Shown here: one piece after another, positions 8,342-17,184 of the stretch | Position numbering within the stretch: the stretch's first letter is position 1 | How the letters are laid out: every line of letters begins with the position of its first letter | Sequence record: SRR2962707_4525 | Direction: 5' to 3' (one strand) | DNA length: 33,061 nucleotides | Translations under genes and position numbers: made by a program | The notes under the pieces: model-generated | Databases searched by the model: none | What the model saw: the letters and a program-made list of their open reading frames with translations, nothing else | What the model was told of the DNA's origin: nothing

Positions 8342-11300
8342 TTACTTGATAGACCGGCCGACTTTTTGCGTAGGCTTCGTGTCTTTCTGCTTCTGCTTAA
8401 TCCCGACCGAGCGCAGCGTATCAGAAACCTTGCTCCGGTCACTTCCTTTGAGAAGATCCCCAAATGACATGCTGTTGCGCTTTTTGTCATGCTCTGAAAG
8501 CGGCGGCACCAGCACCTCGGCTTTGATAGCTTGAGCGGCTTCTCTCGCGAGATCAAGCGGGATGTTCTCCTTTGCCATATGGGCATCCATGGCAGCAAAG
8601 AGTATCTCGCGATCAGGATTATAGCGGCGGATGTTCTCACCAACAGCTTTGAGATTTTCTGAATTAACTGCCCATACGACGGGCTTGCGGGTATGACGGT
8701 TCAGTTCAATGGCGCTTGTCAGGTCATCGGCAATCAGAATTGGTTCGGTTGGGTCTTTGGATATTCGTCCCCCAACAATGTGATGCGCCCCTTTAATGCC
8801 GCCAGTTCCGGCGAGTGTTTCGACTGATCCACTTGGAGAAACACGATACACGCCAGAAAGTCGATTTCCGCCGTCTCGAAGCGGAATAAGGGTATTGCCC
8901 TCACCGTCAACCCGGAACCCGCTCCACGCCCTCTCAGACCCCATTTCTGGACGCGAGGAGATCTTGTCCGTGTCGGGGCGGATGGCGGATTGCCATGCCA
9001 GCCATCCGTCATCACCAACCATATTCGCCATTTCACTTCGAAGAGCAGTTAAAGACGGCGTTGTTTCGGGATCTGGCAAGACTTCTGCTTTCCAGATGTT
9101 TCGATGGGTGACGGCTTGTCTCGTCTGAAGGGTGCCGTTTTCATCTCGATACGGCTCTTTAACAACAACTTCCTTGCGTTCAGATATTTCAAGTGAAATC
9201 CAGTCTCCGGTTTGAGCGCCAGACTGGCTCACAACATCTGCAACATCGACACCCCAGACGTAACGTTCAGAACCGTTAACATCTTGCAGCTTGGCATAAC
9301 TGGAATTGGATTTATCAGGATCAAAATCAAAATGATCGTGCCCAAAATCGAGTAACCGTGCGCCGGCTCGGGTTGGTTCATGTTTGGCGTACTCTTTGAA
9401 AGAGGTAGCAAGTGCCGGTCGGACAATATCCACGGCCAGCTTTTCAGCTTTGGCGACGTCGTCCTGCTGACCGGACGCATCAAGGGCAATGATAATATTT
9501 ACATCGTTGTTCCGAAGCCTGATCTGTTCGGTGGTTTCGGCCCATGAATGTGCATCAGCCGGCACAACAACAGGACAGCGTGTCGCACGATGAATTGCCG
9601 CTGCATCTGCATAATTCAGGGCCACGACAATCGTATCCTTTTCCTCACGCCATTGAGGATCAATCATATGGTAGCAGGGGTGGTCTGGCTCTGTGGACTG
9701 CACAAGATCCTGACGGCCCATGTCGTCGATTAAAATCACGTTCTCTATACGGCCCGAACGGTCTTTAAGAGGGACTGCGACATCACCGGATTTTGTGATC
9801 TTCACCCCATAGCCACGCAGGCCATTCGTTTTAAGCCAGTTGGAGTTCCCCGGTGTTGCCCACTGTCCGCATTCGTCCCATACAAGAAAAGCTTGATCGT
9901 TGACTGCATGCGCAAATGTGCGACGCAGTTTTGTAAGATCATCATCATTTGGCATGGTGACAGATCGCACATTCGGCAAAGTGATTGGCGTTTTAGTGGC
10001 CACAATCGGTTTTACCATTGGATTGCGGTGACGGTGTTCTGTGATCGTCTTTCGGAGATCCTTCGCATCGGGAACGAAGACGACAGGGCGACGGGTCGCA
10101 TCATGTATTTTGACCGCATCAACATAGTCATCGGTAAAAATGACAGGGCCTCTATCGGACTGCTTCCGTGAATCTATGAGATGCGTCAACCCGCGAGCTT
10201 TAACATTCCCTATCTGCATGCGCTTGCCGTCGGGTGCATAGATGCTCACCCTTTGCATGTAACCGTTGGCATCCTTCAAAGGCACTATCAGATTACCTTT
10301 GTCGTCAATCCGACATCCCCGGCCTGTAGATCGTGAAGCAGCCAACCAGTTAAGCGATTTTGCACTGGCCCATTGGCCGGCTTCACGCCAAGCCGCCAGA
10401 GCTGGTGCTGCCAACTTCGAAACCGGGGTAGGTTTGTCATCCCCAAAGACCATATGAAGGAATTCCTGCTGGGCGATCAGGAAAACCATGGCCATTGGAT
10501 CTTTGTATGCTTCACTGAGCAGAAACAGCTTCCAATTGGAAATCGTCCGCTGGAAGAATGTGCGCCTTGTATGCATCGGCTTTTGCAAGTTCAGGTAACG
10601 CCGCCAGATTGGCGACATCGCAGGGTGTCGCATGTTGGGGCGTTTTTTATACCGTCGTTTGGGAGACGGGGATTTCTTCTCGCCATCTTCAGCTATAGGA
10701 GGTGTGAAACTACCGAGCTTTTTCTCAAGTGCAGTCTTACTTACCTTGCGGTCCAGTGCTGATGCTTTCATTCCTTGGCCGTCAGGACCAACCAGAACAA
10801 AACCATTGCCTCGTTTTTTTAACGTGAGGTCATATTCGGCTAAAGTTTTATGCAGATCTTGCCAAGTCTCGGCACCGTTGATGTGGCCAAGAATCTCTTT
10901 ACGATGCTGGAGAACATGATTCTGGAAGCTTTCCTGCCATGTCTGGGCTTCATAATCGCGAGCAGATGGTGACAGTTTAGGTCCATGATTGCCGCTCTGG
11001 GACATGCCTTTGTCGATAAACAGTCCGTACTCTTTTTCAAGTTTGCGCGATACACGATCAAGCACTTTGTAATCGCGATAGGGGGTGACGACCTGGAGTG
11101 TTCTCGGATGGATCTTGTTAAATGCGATGTGCATATGAAAATTGTCGGTATTGATATGCGTTCCTGCCACATATTGGTGTTCAGCATATCCAAGCCCTTT
11201 GGCATATGCCGAAGCAATTTCCTTGAGATCCTTTTCAGACAGTTGGTCTTTTTCCCCGGGACGGAAAGAAACTATCATGTGGTATGACTTGTCTGTAATT

Positions 11301-11497
11301 TCAGGCTTCATACGACGAACCGCATACACTTCGCGTAGCGCCAGTTCCAGATCGTCGAGCGTTTCACCTGAACCGCAGTTTGATATCCAGAATTTGTCGA
11401 GCTTTTCTCCGGGTTCTTTTGCCGCCGCGATGTATTCGGCCAGTGCCTTGAAATTGTCAGCTACATCGGGCTTCTTAGGGATTTTCTTGGCGATCAT
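8342..11497 (-). CDS. traI: MOBP (RP4 TraI-type) relaxase with three degenerate TOPRIM-like C-terminal repeats
   Basis: MIAK start, catalytic Tyr22 (LAEYI), motif II YHMIVSFRPGE, motif III HINTDNFHMHIAFNKIHP, then TWQDLH..L...GNG and MKASAL. ATGA overlap with the upstream traJ. Confidence 0.93.
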   Translation of the reverse strand: MIAKKIPKKPDVADNFKALAEYIAAAKEPGEKLDKFWISNCGSGETLDDLELALREVYAVRRMKPEITDKSYHMIVSFRPGEKDQLSEKDLKEIASAYAKGLGYAEHQYVAGTHINTDNFHMHIAFNKIHPRTLQVVTPYRDYKVLDRVSRKLEKEYGLFIDKGMSQSGNHGPKLSPSARDYEAQTWQESFQNHVLQHRKEILGHINGAETWQDLHKTLAEYDLTLKKRGNGFVLVGPDGQGMKASALDRKVSKTALEKKLGSFTPPIAEDGEKKSPSPKRRYKKRPNMRHPAMSPIWRRYLNLQKPMHTRRTFFQRTISNWKLFLLSEAYKDPMAMVFLIAQQEFLHMVFGDDKPTPVSKLAAPALAAWREAGQWASAKSLNWLAASRSTGRGCRIDDKGNLIVPLKDANGYMQRVSIYAPDGKRMQIGNVKARGLTHLIDSRKQSDRGPVIFTDDYVDAVKIHDATRRPVVFVPDAKDLRKTITEHRHRNPMVKPIVATKTPITLPNVRSVTMPNDDDLTKLRRTFAHAVNDQAFLVWDECGQWATPGNSNWLKTNGLRGYGVKITKSGDVAVPLKDRSGRIENVILIDDMGRQDLVQSTEPDHPCYHMIDPQWREEKDTIVVALNYADAAAIHRATRCPVVVPADAHSWAETTEQIRLRNNDVNIIIALDASGQQDDVAKAEKLAVDIVRPALATSFKEYAKHEPTRAGARLLDFGHDHFDFDPDKSNSSYAKLQDVNGSERYVWGVDVADVVSQSGAQTGDWISLEISERKEVVVKEPYRDENGTLQTRQAVTHRNIWKAEVLPDPETTPSLTALRSEMANMVGDDGWLAWQSAIRPDTDKISSRPEMGSERAWSGFRVDGEGNTLIPLRDGGNRLSGVYRVSPSGSVETLAGTGGIKGAHHIVGGRISKDPTEPILIADDLTSAIELNRHTRKPVVWAVNSENLKAVGENIRRYNPDREILFAAMDAHMAKENIPLDLAREAAQAIKAEVLVPPLSEHDKKRNSMSFGDLLKGSDRSKVSDTLRSVGIKQKQKDTKPTQKVGRSIK

Positions 11498-11853
11498 TTT
11501 GCGCCGCGCCCGATAGAGTTATCGACTTTCCGAACAGTGTCCTTCAGCTCGTCTTGAGTGGATTTTATCTGGTTGGCCAACTCGTCGTATTTACGCAACA
11601 ACTCAGAACTCAATGGCTCGTCCATCACGAGTTTGAGCAGGTTCCCCAAACGGGCAAGGTCAGCATTTACCGATAGCAAATCAAGAATACCCTGCGAGGC
11701 TTCAAAGTCTCGTTGATCAGGTAACGGGCTATTCATTAGCAGACGGCGCAGCACTTCGGATTGCGTGAGCCGTAACTGCTTTGACAGTTGATCCAGTCGA
11801 TCACTCTCTGAGTCTGGCAAAGTGACCAGAAGCCTACGCTTTTTTGTTGGCAC
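11494..11853 (-). CDS. traJ: Relaxosome accessory protein, TraJ/MobC family
   Basis: N-terminal RHH (RLLVTLPDSE..LTQSEVLRRLL) and LLSVNADLARLGNLLKL, comparable to RP4 TraJ INGDLGRLGGLLKLWL; immediately upstream of the relaxase. Confidence 0.85.
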   Translation of the reverse strand: MPTKKRRLLVTLPDSESDRLDQLSKQLRLTQSEVLRRLLMNSPLPDQRDFEASQGILDLLSVNADLARLGNLLKLVMDEPLSSELLRKYDELANQIKSTQDELKDTVRKVDNSIGRGAK

Positions 11854-11888
11854 GATCCATTTCCTGAGAAGGTGTTAAAAGAATAAGT

Positions 11889-11914
11889 GCTGCCGGTGTA
11901 ATCTCACCGGCAGC
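11889..11914 (-). terminator. GC-rich hairpin after traC, possible intrinsic terminator or attenuator
   Basis: GCTGCCGGTG-taatct-CACCGGCAGC, a 10-bp perfect stem 6 nt after the traC stop; followed on the minus strand by ACTTATTCTTTT. Confidence 0.6.
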
Positions 11915-11920
11915 TAAGCG

Positions 11921-14900
11921 TTAAACCGTCATATGATTTGACTGATTGAGCTGCTTCTTCGCCGTTACCTGTATGGATTTCCCCCGTCCGACAGAAACGC
12001 CAAGATCCGCAAGCTGTTTTCTCACGTCCTTGCGGAATTCATCAAACCCACGACTTACGTGCAGATCATTGAAATCCGTAAGACCTTGCAGTTTGTCCTC
12101 GGACGAAAGAGGTGGTTTGAGAATACTTGCATCTGAACGACCGGCGGCCTTGTTCGCAGCATTCAAACCTGGATTGAAGCCAACTTTTTCGACCTGCTTA
12201 TGGTCGTCGTCAGCAGCAATCAAATGCTGACGTTCGGGGTTTTGCTTGTGAAGGGCTTCGGCCACGACCGCAAGGTTTCCGCCGTCCATTGCAACAACAG
12301 CTGTAAACCCGGTTGCGGCATTCAGGCTTTTTGCCGTGGCATAACCTTCAGCAATAATCCACGGCTTGTCTTTCTTGCCCGGGATAACGTGCATTAAACC
12401 GGATTTCTTACCGTCCTTAAGATAGCGTTTGGTCCCATCTGGTTTGATGGTTTGCACATTTTCAATGAAGCCCTTCTCATTCGTCATTGGCATGATCAGA
12501 TTGCCCTCACGATCAATACGCAAGGTTTCGCCCGATACCTGCTTGCGTTTCAGATAGGGGTGATCGTTGCTGGCTTCGATTGCATTCTGGAATGTCGCAT
12601 AAGCTCGTTTCGCCGTTTGACGATACTGGAAGCGCAGTTCTTGTTCCTGTTCTGCTTTGCGAGCCGCAGATTGAGCTTTGACTTTTTCAAGCTCTACCGG
12701 ATCCATTTTAGTGCCACTGGCCACCCATTTTACCGGCTCACCGGCGGTTTTGAAATTCATGATCTGGCCAGCAGGAATACCTTCAAGAAATCCGCGATAG
12801 CTTCCGCTGGTTTTACCTTTGACATCACCGTTAACCGATACACGATGCCACTTACCGTCCATCTCGGCCGGTCCATCCAGAACTAAGCCGTTTTCACGAC
12901 AAGCAGCAGAAAATTCCAGTTGTGGATCGATCTTCTGATCAGATGATGGTTCGACTTTCTTCTGCCATTTGGCAAAAGCTTTCATGTCAGATCCTTCGTG
13001 AACGAACCATGCCTTATCGCGGCGGTCCCATTTGGCACCGAGGGCCTTGGCTTCATTCTTCTCTCGGAAGGGTACAGAGAGATAAACGCGTTTTTTTTCT
13101 GCATCGGTTGTGTCGGGAGCGTCTTTAATCGATCCGACCATAGCACTTGCCTCCTGACTTCTCTTTTTTTCCTTCTCATCCCGCGCTGCGAGAACCGTGT
13201 TGATAGAGCCTTCAGCAACATCTATTCCCATGTCACCATTTTCCAGTCCGGTGGCCTGCTTACGGATCGCCGTATGTAGTTTTTCCACTTCAGGGGTTAG
13301 GTAAGTGTACCGGTGATTGGAACCGTCATTGTACCAGTCATTGCCAATGATAGTGGTCTCTCGGCCACCTGCGACTATCGACAGATTAGACATCCCGAAA
13401 GGTCGAGAGCCTTCAAGGCCTCTTACAGCTACACCCAAAGAATCAAAGTTTTGCACGTCCCCCATTCCGTCCAGTTTATAAATACGGGTGCTGGGTTTTG
13501 CTGAATCATTAATAGCTTTCCTCTGCGTGAGATCGTTCTGCTGGTTTTGGATTGATTGATTAATCGGGCCATTTGAAAGACTTATTTCGAGTGGTTCACG
13601 CAGGCGATTGAGATGCTCATCTTTGCGCTGTTCGGCGGGCACATGCCATTCCGGTTTCTGGACGTGGGCTTTTGGCCTGGGACCATCCAGATCCCATAAA
13701 GCCGAGGCCAACTCGCGATGAAGCGGCGACGCCAATGCTTCACCTTCCATCAATGACAGTGTTTCGTCCCGGTGCGCGATGCCAGTAGCACGGCGTTCCG
13801 GCGAAGCTGCATAGTCTGCGACCCAATCAATCTTTTGGAATTGCTCGGCAAGCTGAGCGAATGCGTGATGTTCCTCATCATAGCCAGGCACAATAGAGGC
13901 AAAGCTGCCCCAGTTGGCGGCTTCTGCTGTCTGTCCGAGAAAGCGCCTAAGGTTATCGTTGGAAAGGTCGGATGCTTTCAATCCTTCCTTGATTTGATCA
14001 GCTGAGAGTTGTTCCTTGTTTTCACGATTTCCTGCAAGTACCAGCGTATCTTGAATATCTATCGCCCACAGGGTCGGGTGTGCGTGTGGATGGTTCTCGA
14101 ACATATGGTTGACAATTTCTTCACGCTCGACTGCCATTTTGTCATGTTGCGCCATGTTGACCGTCTGGCCGACTACCAACGGCTGATCTTGAGCCATAGC
14201 CTGTTGCCGTTCTTTGGCCGGTGTGAGTTCAAGACGTTTTTCCGGTTCCATGATCCACGTTTTGATCACTTCGGCGTCACGGGCGGCCTGAAACAGCACA
14301 TTGCGATCTTCCTTGATCGCTGTCATCCAACCTTCAATGTAGCTTGCGTGGCGTTCAGGATAGTGGCCAAGCCCCAGTTCAGTTGTCGTCATGAAAGAGG
14401 CTATCTCTGCCCGAAGCTCTTCGCGAGCATAGGATTCAGAACCAAAGGGGCCACCTTCGCGTGCAAGCCGCGAATGATGGCCAGTTGAATGGCCGCCTTC
14501 ATGCAGAGCGGTCGCGTAATATTCATACTGACCTTTGAACAACCCTTTTGGCGGCATATGGATTTCATCCGCCCCGGGTTGATAGAATGCGCGGTCACGC
14601 TGATCGTGAAAGATAGGAACATTGAGGTCGGAAAGAACCTGTTCAGCCCGTTCGACAGGGTTGAAATTTGGTTCCTGGCCGATGAACGGTTCAAGCCCAT
14701 CGATCTGCGAGCCGTTGAAGACGACAGCGTGAAACACCTTGGGACGCTCCAGCCGTACTTCTTGATAGAGTTGCTTGCCCTGGTCGTTGAGGATTGGAGC
14801 TCCGCTATTATCTGTCATTGGTCGCCGGTCGGACCATTGCCAATATTCAATTTGAGTGCCTTTCTCACCCTTTCGCACCTGATAACCATTGGCTTGTGAC

Positions 14901-15109
14901 TGGCGATAGGTCGTCCAACGAGGATCTGCGTAGCCTTGAGCTTCGAGCCAGATCTGGTTCATGCCACGATAGGGTTTGCCCGTGGCAGGATTGAATGCTG
15001 GAACGCGAACGTTGTCGGGTTCCCAGGGTTTTTGCCAAGGAGCGGTGCCGGCAGCAATTTGATCGATCAGCGTATCAACGACTTGATCGCGGAAATTTTT
15101 CTTAACCAT
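11921..15109 (-). CDS. traC: TraC-type ArdC/zincin/DUF5710/TOPRIM DNA primase fusion (1062 aa)
   Basis: ATG 15109 with GAGGAGG RBS. ArdC N-terminus (GTAPWQKPW, YRGMN, DPRWTTYRQ, VRKGEKG); HEGGH zincin motif and YAREELRAEIAS; YLSVPFREKNEAKALGAKWD; primase IAEGYATA, AADDD, TDFNDL. Confidence 0.92.
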   Translation of the reverse strand: MVKKNFRDQVVDTLIDQIAAGTAPWQKPWEPDNVRVPAFNPATGKPYRGMNQIWLEAQGYADPRWTTYRQSQANGYQVRKGEKGTQIEYWQWSDRRPMTDNSGAPILNDQGKQLYQEVRLERPKVFHAVVFNGSQIDGLEPFIGQEPNFNPVERAEQVLSDLNVPIFHDQRDRAFYQPGADEIHMPPKGLFKGQYEYYATALHEGGHSTGHHSRLAREGGPFGSESYAREELRAEIASFMTTTELGLGHYPERHASYIEGWMTAIKEDRNVLFQAARDAEVIKTWIMEPEKRLELTPAKERQQAMAQDQPLVVGQTVNMAQHDKMAVEREEIVNHMFENHPHAHPTLWAIDIQDTLVLAGNRENKEQLSADQIKEGLKASDLSNDNLRRFLGQTAEAANWGSFASIVPGYDEEHHAFAQLAEQFQKIDWVADYAASPERRATGIAHRDETLSLMEGEALASPLHRELASALWDLDGPRPKAHVQKPEWHVPAEQRKDEHLNRLREPLEISLSNGPINQSIQNQQNDLTQRKAINDSAKPSTRIYKLDGMGDVQNFDSLGVAVRGLEGSRPFGMSNLSIVAGGRETTIIGNDWYNDGSNHRYTYLTPEVEKLHTAIRKQATGLENGDMGIDVAEGSINTVLAARDEKEKKRSQEASAMVGSIKDAPDTTDAEKKRVYLSVPFREKNEAKALGAKWDRRDKAWFVHEGSDMKAFAKWQKKVEPSSDQKIDPQLEFSAACRENGLVLDGPAEMDGKWHRVSVNGDVKGKTSGSYRGFLEGIPAGQIMNFKTAGEPVKWVASGTKMDPVELEKVKAQSAARKAEQEQELRFQYRQTAKRAYATFQNAIEASNDHPYLKRKQVSGETLRIDREGNLIMPMTNEKGFIENVQTIKPDGTKRYLKDGKKSGLMHVIPGKKDKPWIIAEGYATAKSLNAATGFTAVVAMDGGNLAVVAEALHKQNPERQHLIAADDDHKQVEKVGFNPGLNAANKAAGRSDASILKPPLSSEDKLQGLTDFNDLHVSRGFDEFRKDVRKQLADLGVSVGRGKSIQVTAKKQLNQSNHMTV

Positions 15110-15341
15110 TGCCCAACACCTCCTCGATGGCGGTAGGATCCTCGCCGTCAAAATGACTGTCCAGTGCAGCATCCATAGACAGCGCCTGTTCATCGAAAGC
15201 GCCCATGGCTTCGGCAACATCGGGATCGACAGAAACAGGGCCAAGATCACTTGCCGCCGAGACGGCCTGTGTCGCGAGTTTGAGATATTCTGTTTCGTTT
15301 AACCGGGCGTTGGCGCCCTTGATGTTTTCAGGCTGCTTCAT
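15102..15341 (-). CDS. traD: IncP TraD-like small acidic protein
   Basis: VDPDVAEAMGAFDEQALSMDAALDS resembles recalled IncP TraD (FDPEEAERAGAFVEDALSEQDA); sits directly before traC as in RP4; GGAG RBS. Confidence 0.7.
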   Translation of the reverse strand: MKQPENIKGANARLNETEYLKLATQAVSAASDLGPVSVDPDVAEAMGAFDEQALSMDAALDSHFDGEDPTAIEEVLGNG

Positions 15342-17184
15342 GGGTATTCTCCGTTGCTGAAGGCATGTTGCGGTGAACAGGGGAGGGTTGCATTTCAGGT
15401 GGTGGCATCTGAGAGCGACGGTTTAGCTCTTTGTCGAGGAAATAGAGGTTTTGCGTGCCATGGATTGGCGGAATGCCCGCAACAAAGATCAATGAATCGC
15501 CGGGCTGTGCTTTCTTGCCCTCTGTATCGATGACAGGCAGGCGCATACATTCATCTGCGGTAAGAAGAGGCCGAGATGTTTCTTGAATATTGTCGGAATT
15601 TGATCCTGACATCTGACCGGATTTGCCCGATTGAGAACGCCGTTTCTGCACAATCGTGGTGCGGCCACTCATGTCTGAAATCAGCTTTGCTGTTTCAAGC
15701 TTGTTTGGCGTAAAGGCGATACGCACTTTCGAATTGGCCATAAGCGATTCATCTTTGCCGTAACATTTATGAAGCTGCTCGACATTCTGGAAAATCATGT
15801 ATGCCCGGATGCCGTATCCGGCCATGAACGCGAGCGATTCCTCCAGCACTTCCATTTTCCCGAGGGCTGCCAACTCATCGAGCATTAAAAGAAGTGGATG
15901 CTTATAACTTGCGGCCAGACTTTCAGTTTGCCGGCGTAAAAACATGTTCAGCATAATTCTGATCAAAGGCCGAAGACGGTCTTTATCCGCAGGGCTGACG
16001 ACAAGGTAAAGGGCCATCGGACGATCACCGTTCATCAGATCAGACAAGCGGAAGTCGCTTGTTGATGTGTTTCTTGCAATGATTGGATCGGCAAACACTG
16101 TGAGTTGTGTTTTTGCGTTGGAATGGACGCCAGAGCGTTCCTGCGGAGCTTTAATAGCCAAACTGTTTGCGCCGCGACGGACCTCTGTGTTGACGTGCTT
16201 GAGGCCGTGTTCATATTCAGCCATGGCTTCAAGGATCTTCACGAAGTTGTCCTGGGCGGACATTTGATCATCCCGGTCTTCGGCGGATGCCCCGGGGCGG
16301 GCAGCTTCCAATGCATCGGCTGGCGGTTTCACGGTTGAAATGCCTGAAAGGAACGTATTTACATCGTCAAAACAGGCGACGCGGTTCTCTTCTTTCCGGG
16401 TTTTGTATAGGACATGGAGCAATACGACAGAGAGCCAGCCATACCCTTCTTGTCGCCAGTAATCGTGCATCCCTTTGCCGTCTGGATCGATGATCATCTG
16501 AGCGATGTTTTGGCAGTCGCCAATGTCTCGTTCTGTATCAATGCGGATCTCAGCAAGTGGATTGAAACGGGATGACCCACTGATTGCGGCCGGCTCGAAC
16601 TTTTCTACCCGAATGCCAAAGAACTTCAGCCAACCGGCCGTTTTCGTGTAGTTCTCTCCCTTGATGTCAAGCGTGAGGCTAGAATGAACCCATGTGAGCA
16701 ATGTCTCAACAATCAGGGATACACCCTTGCCAGTACGAGTAGCAGCCCAAACCAGCACATGTTCTGGCCCTTTGTGGCGAAGCACTTTGATTTTGCCCCG
16801 CCAAGTTCTGATCGCACCAACGACAACAGAATCACCCGCCTTGCGCAAAAGACGCGCCTTGCGGATGTCTTTTAGTGTGGCCCAACGTGCGGAGCCGTGT
16901 AGTTCATTTCCTTTCCGAGATCCGGCAACAGTATCGTTACGTGCACGGGCAAGAAGAACACCAACTACCACCATCAAAGCTGTACCGGCGATTGCCGTGT
17001 AAACCGCAGGCATGAGCATTTCATCGGGCAGGCCGGCAGGGTGTGAGATTGCAGCAGCAAGCCATTGCCACCAAGCAGGGTCCCTCGGGTCGAAACCAAC
17101 AGAAAGATACCACTGACCTATAATGCCGGCGATCATGCCGAGGAAAATGACGACGAGGAAGAAATGACAAATGCGTTGGCTCAT
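15328..17184 (-). CDS. virD4: Type IV coupling protein VirD4/TraG
   Basis: Two N-terminal TM helices, HGSARWA, EHVLVWAATRTGKGVS (Walker A), DIKGEN, FNPLAEIR, LLMLDELAALG (Walker B), RPLLTADE. Confidence 0.95.
   Translation of the reverse strand: MSQRICHFFLVVIFLGMIAGIIGQWYLSVGFDPRDPAWWQWLAAAISHPAGLPDEMLMPAVYTAIAGTALMVVVGVLLARARNDTVAGSRKGNELHGSARWATLKDIRKARLLRKAGDSVVVGAIRTWRGKIKVLRHKGPEHVLVWAATRTGKGVSLIVETLLTWVHSSLTLDIKGENYTKTAGWLKFFGIRVEKFEPAAISGSSRFNPLAEIRIDTERDIGDCQNIAQMIIDPDGKGMHDYWRQEGYGWLSVVLLHVLYKTRKEENRVACFDDVNTFLSGISTVKPPADALEAARPGASAEDRDDQMSAQDNFVKILEAMAEYEHGLKHVNTEVRRGANSLAIKAPQERSGVHSNAKTQLTVFADPIIARNTSTSDFRLSDLMNGDRPMALYLVVSPADKDRLRPLIRIMLNMFLRRQTESLAASYKHPLLLMLDELAALGKMEVLEESLAFMAGYGIRAYMIFQNVEQLHKCYGKDESLMANSKVRIAFTPNKLETAKLISDMSGRTTIVQKRRSQSGKSGQMSGSNSDNIQETSRPLLTADECMRLPVIDTEGKKAQPGDSLIFVAGIPPIHGTQNLYFLDKELNRRSQMPPPEMQPSPVHRNMPSATENTHEAA

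Noticed and set aside
15110-15250. Upstream starts in the ORF track for traC (15250); likewise virB11 (18281), adhesin (20638), virB7 (23888), virB3 (29921), traL (31454)
   Set aside because: They overlap upstream genes extensively; downstream ATGs have RBSs or stop/start coupling and family-typical N-termini.
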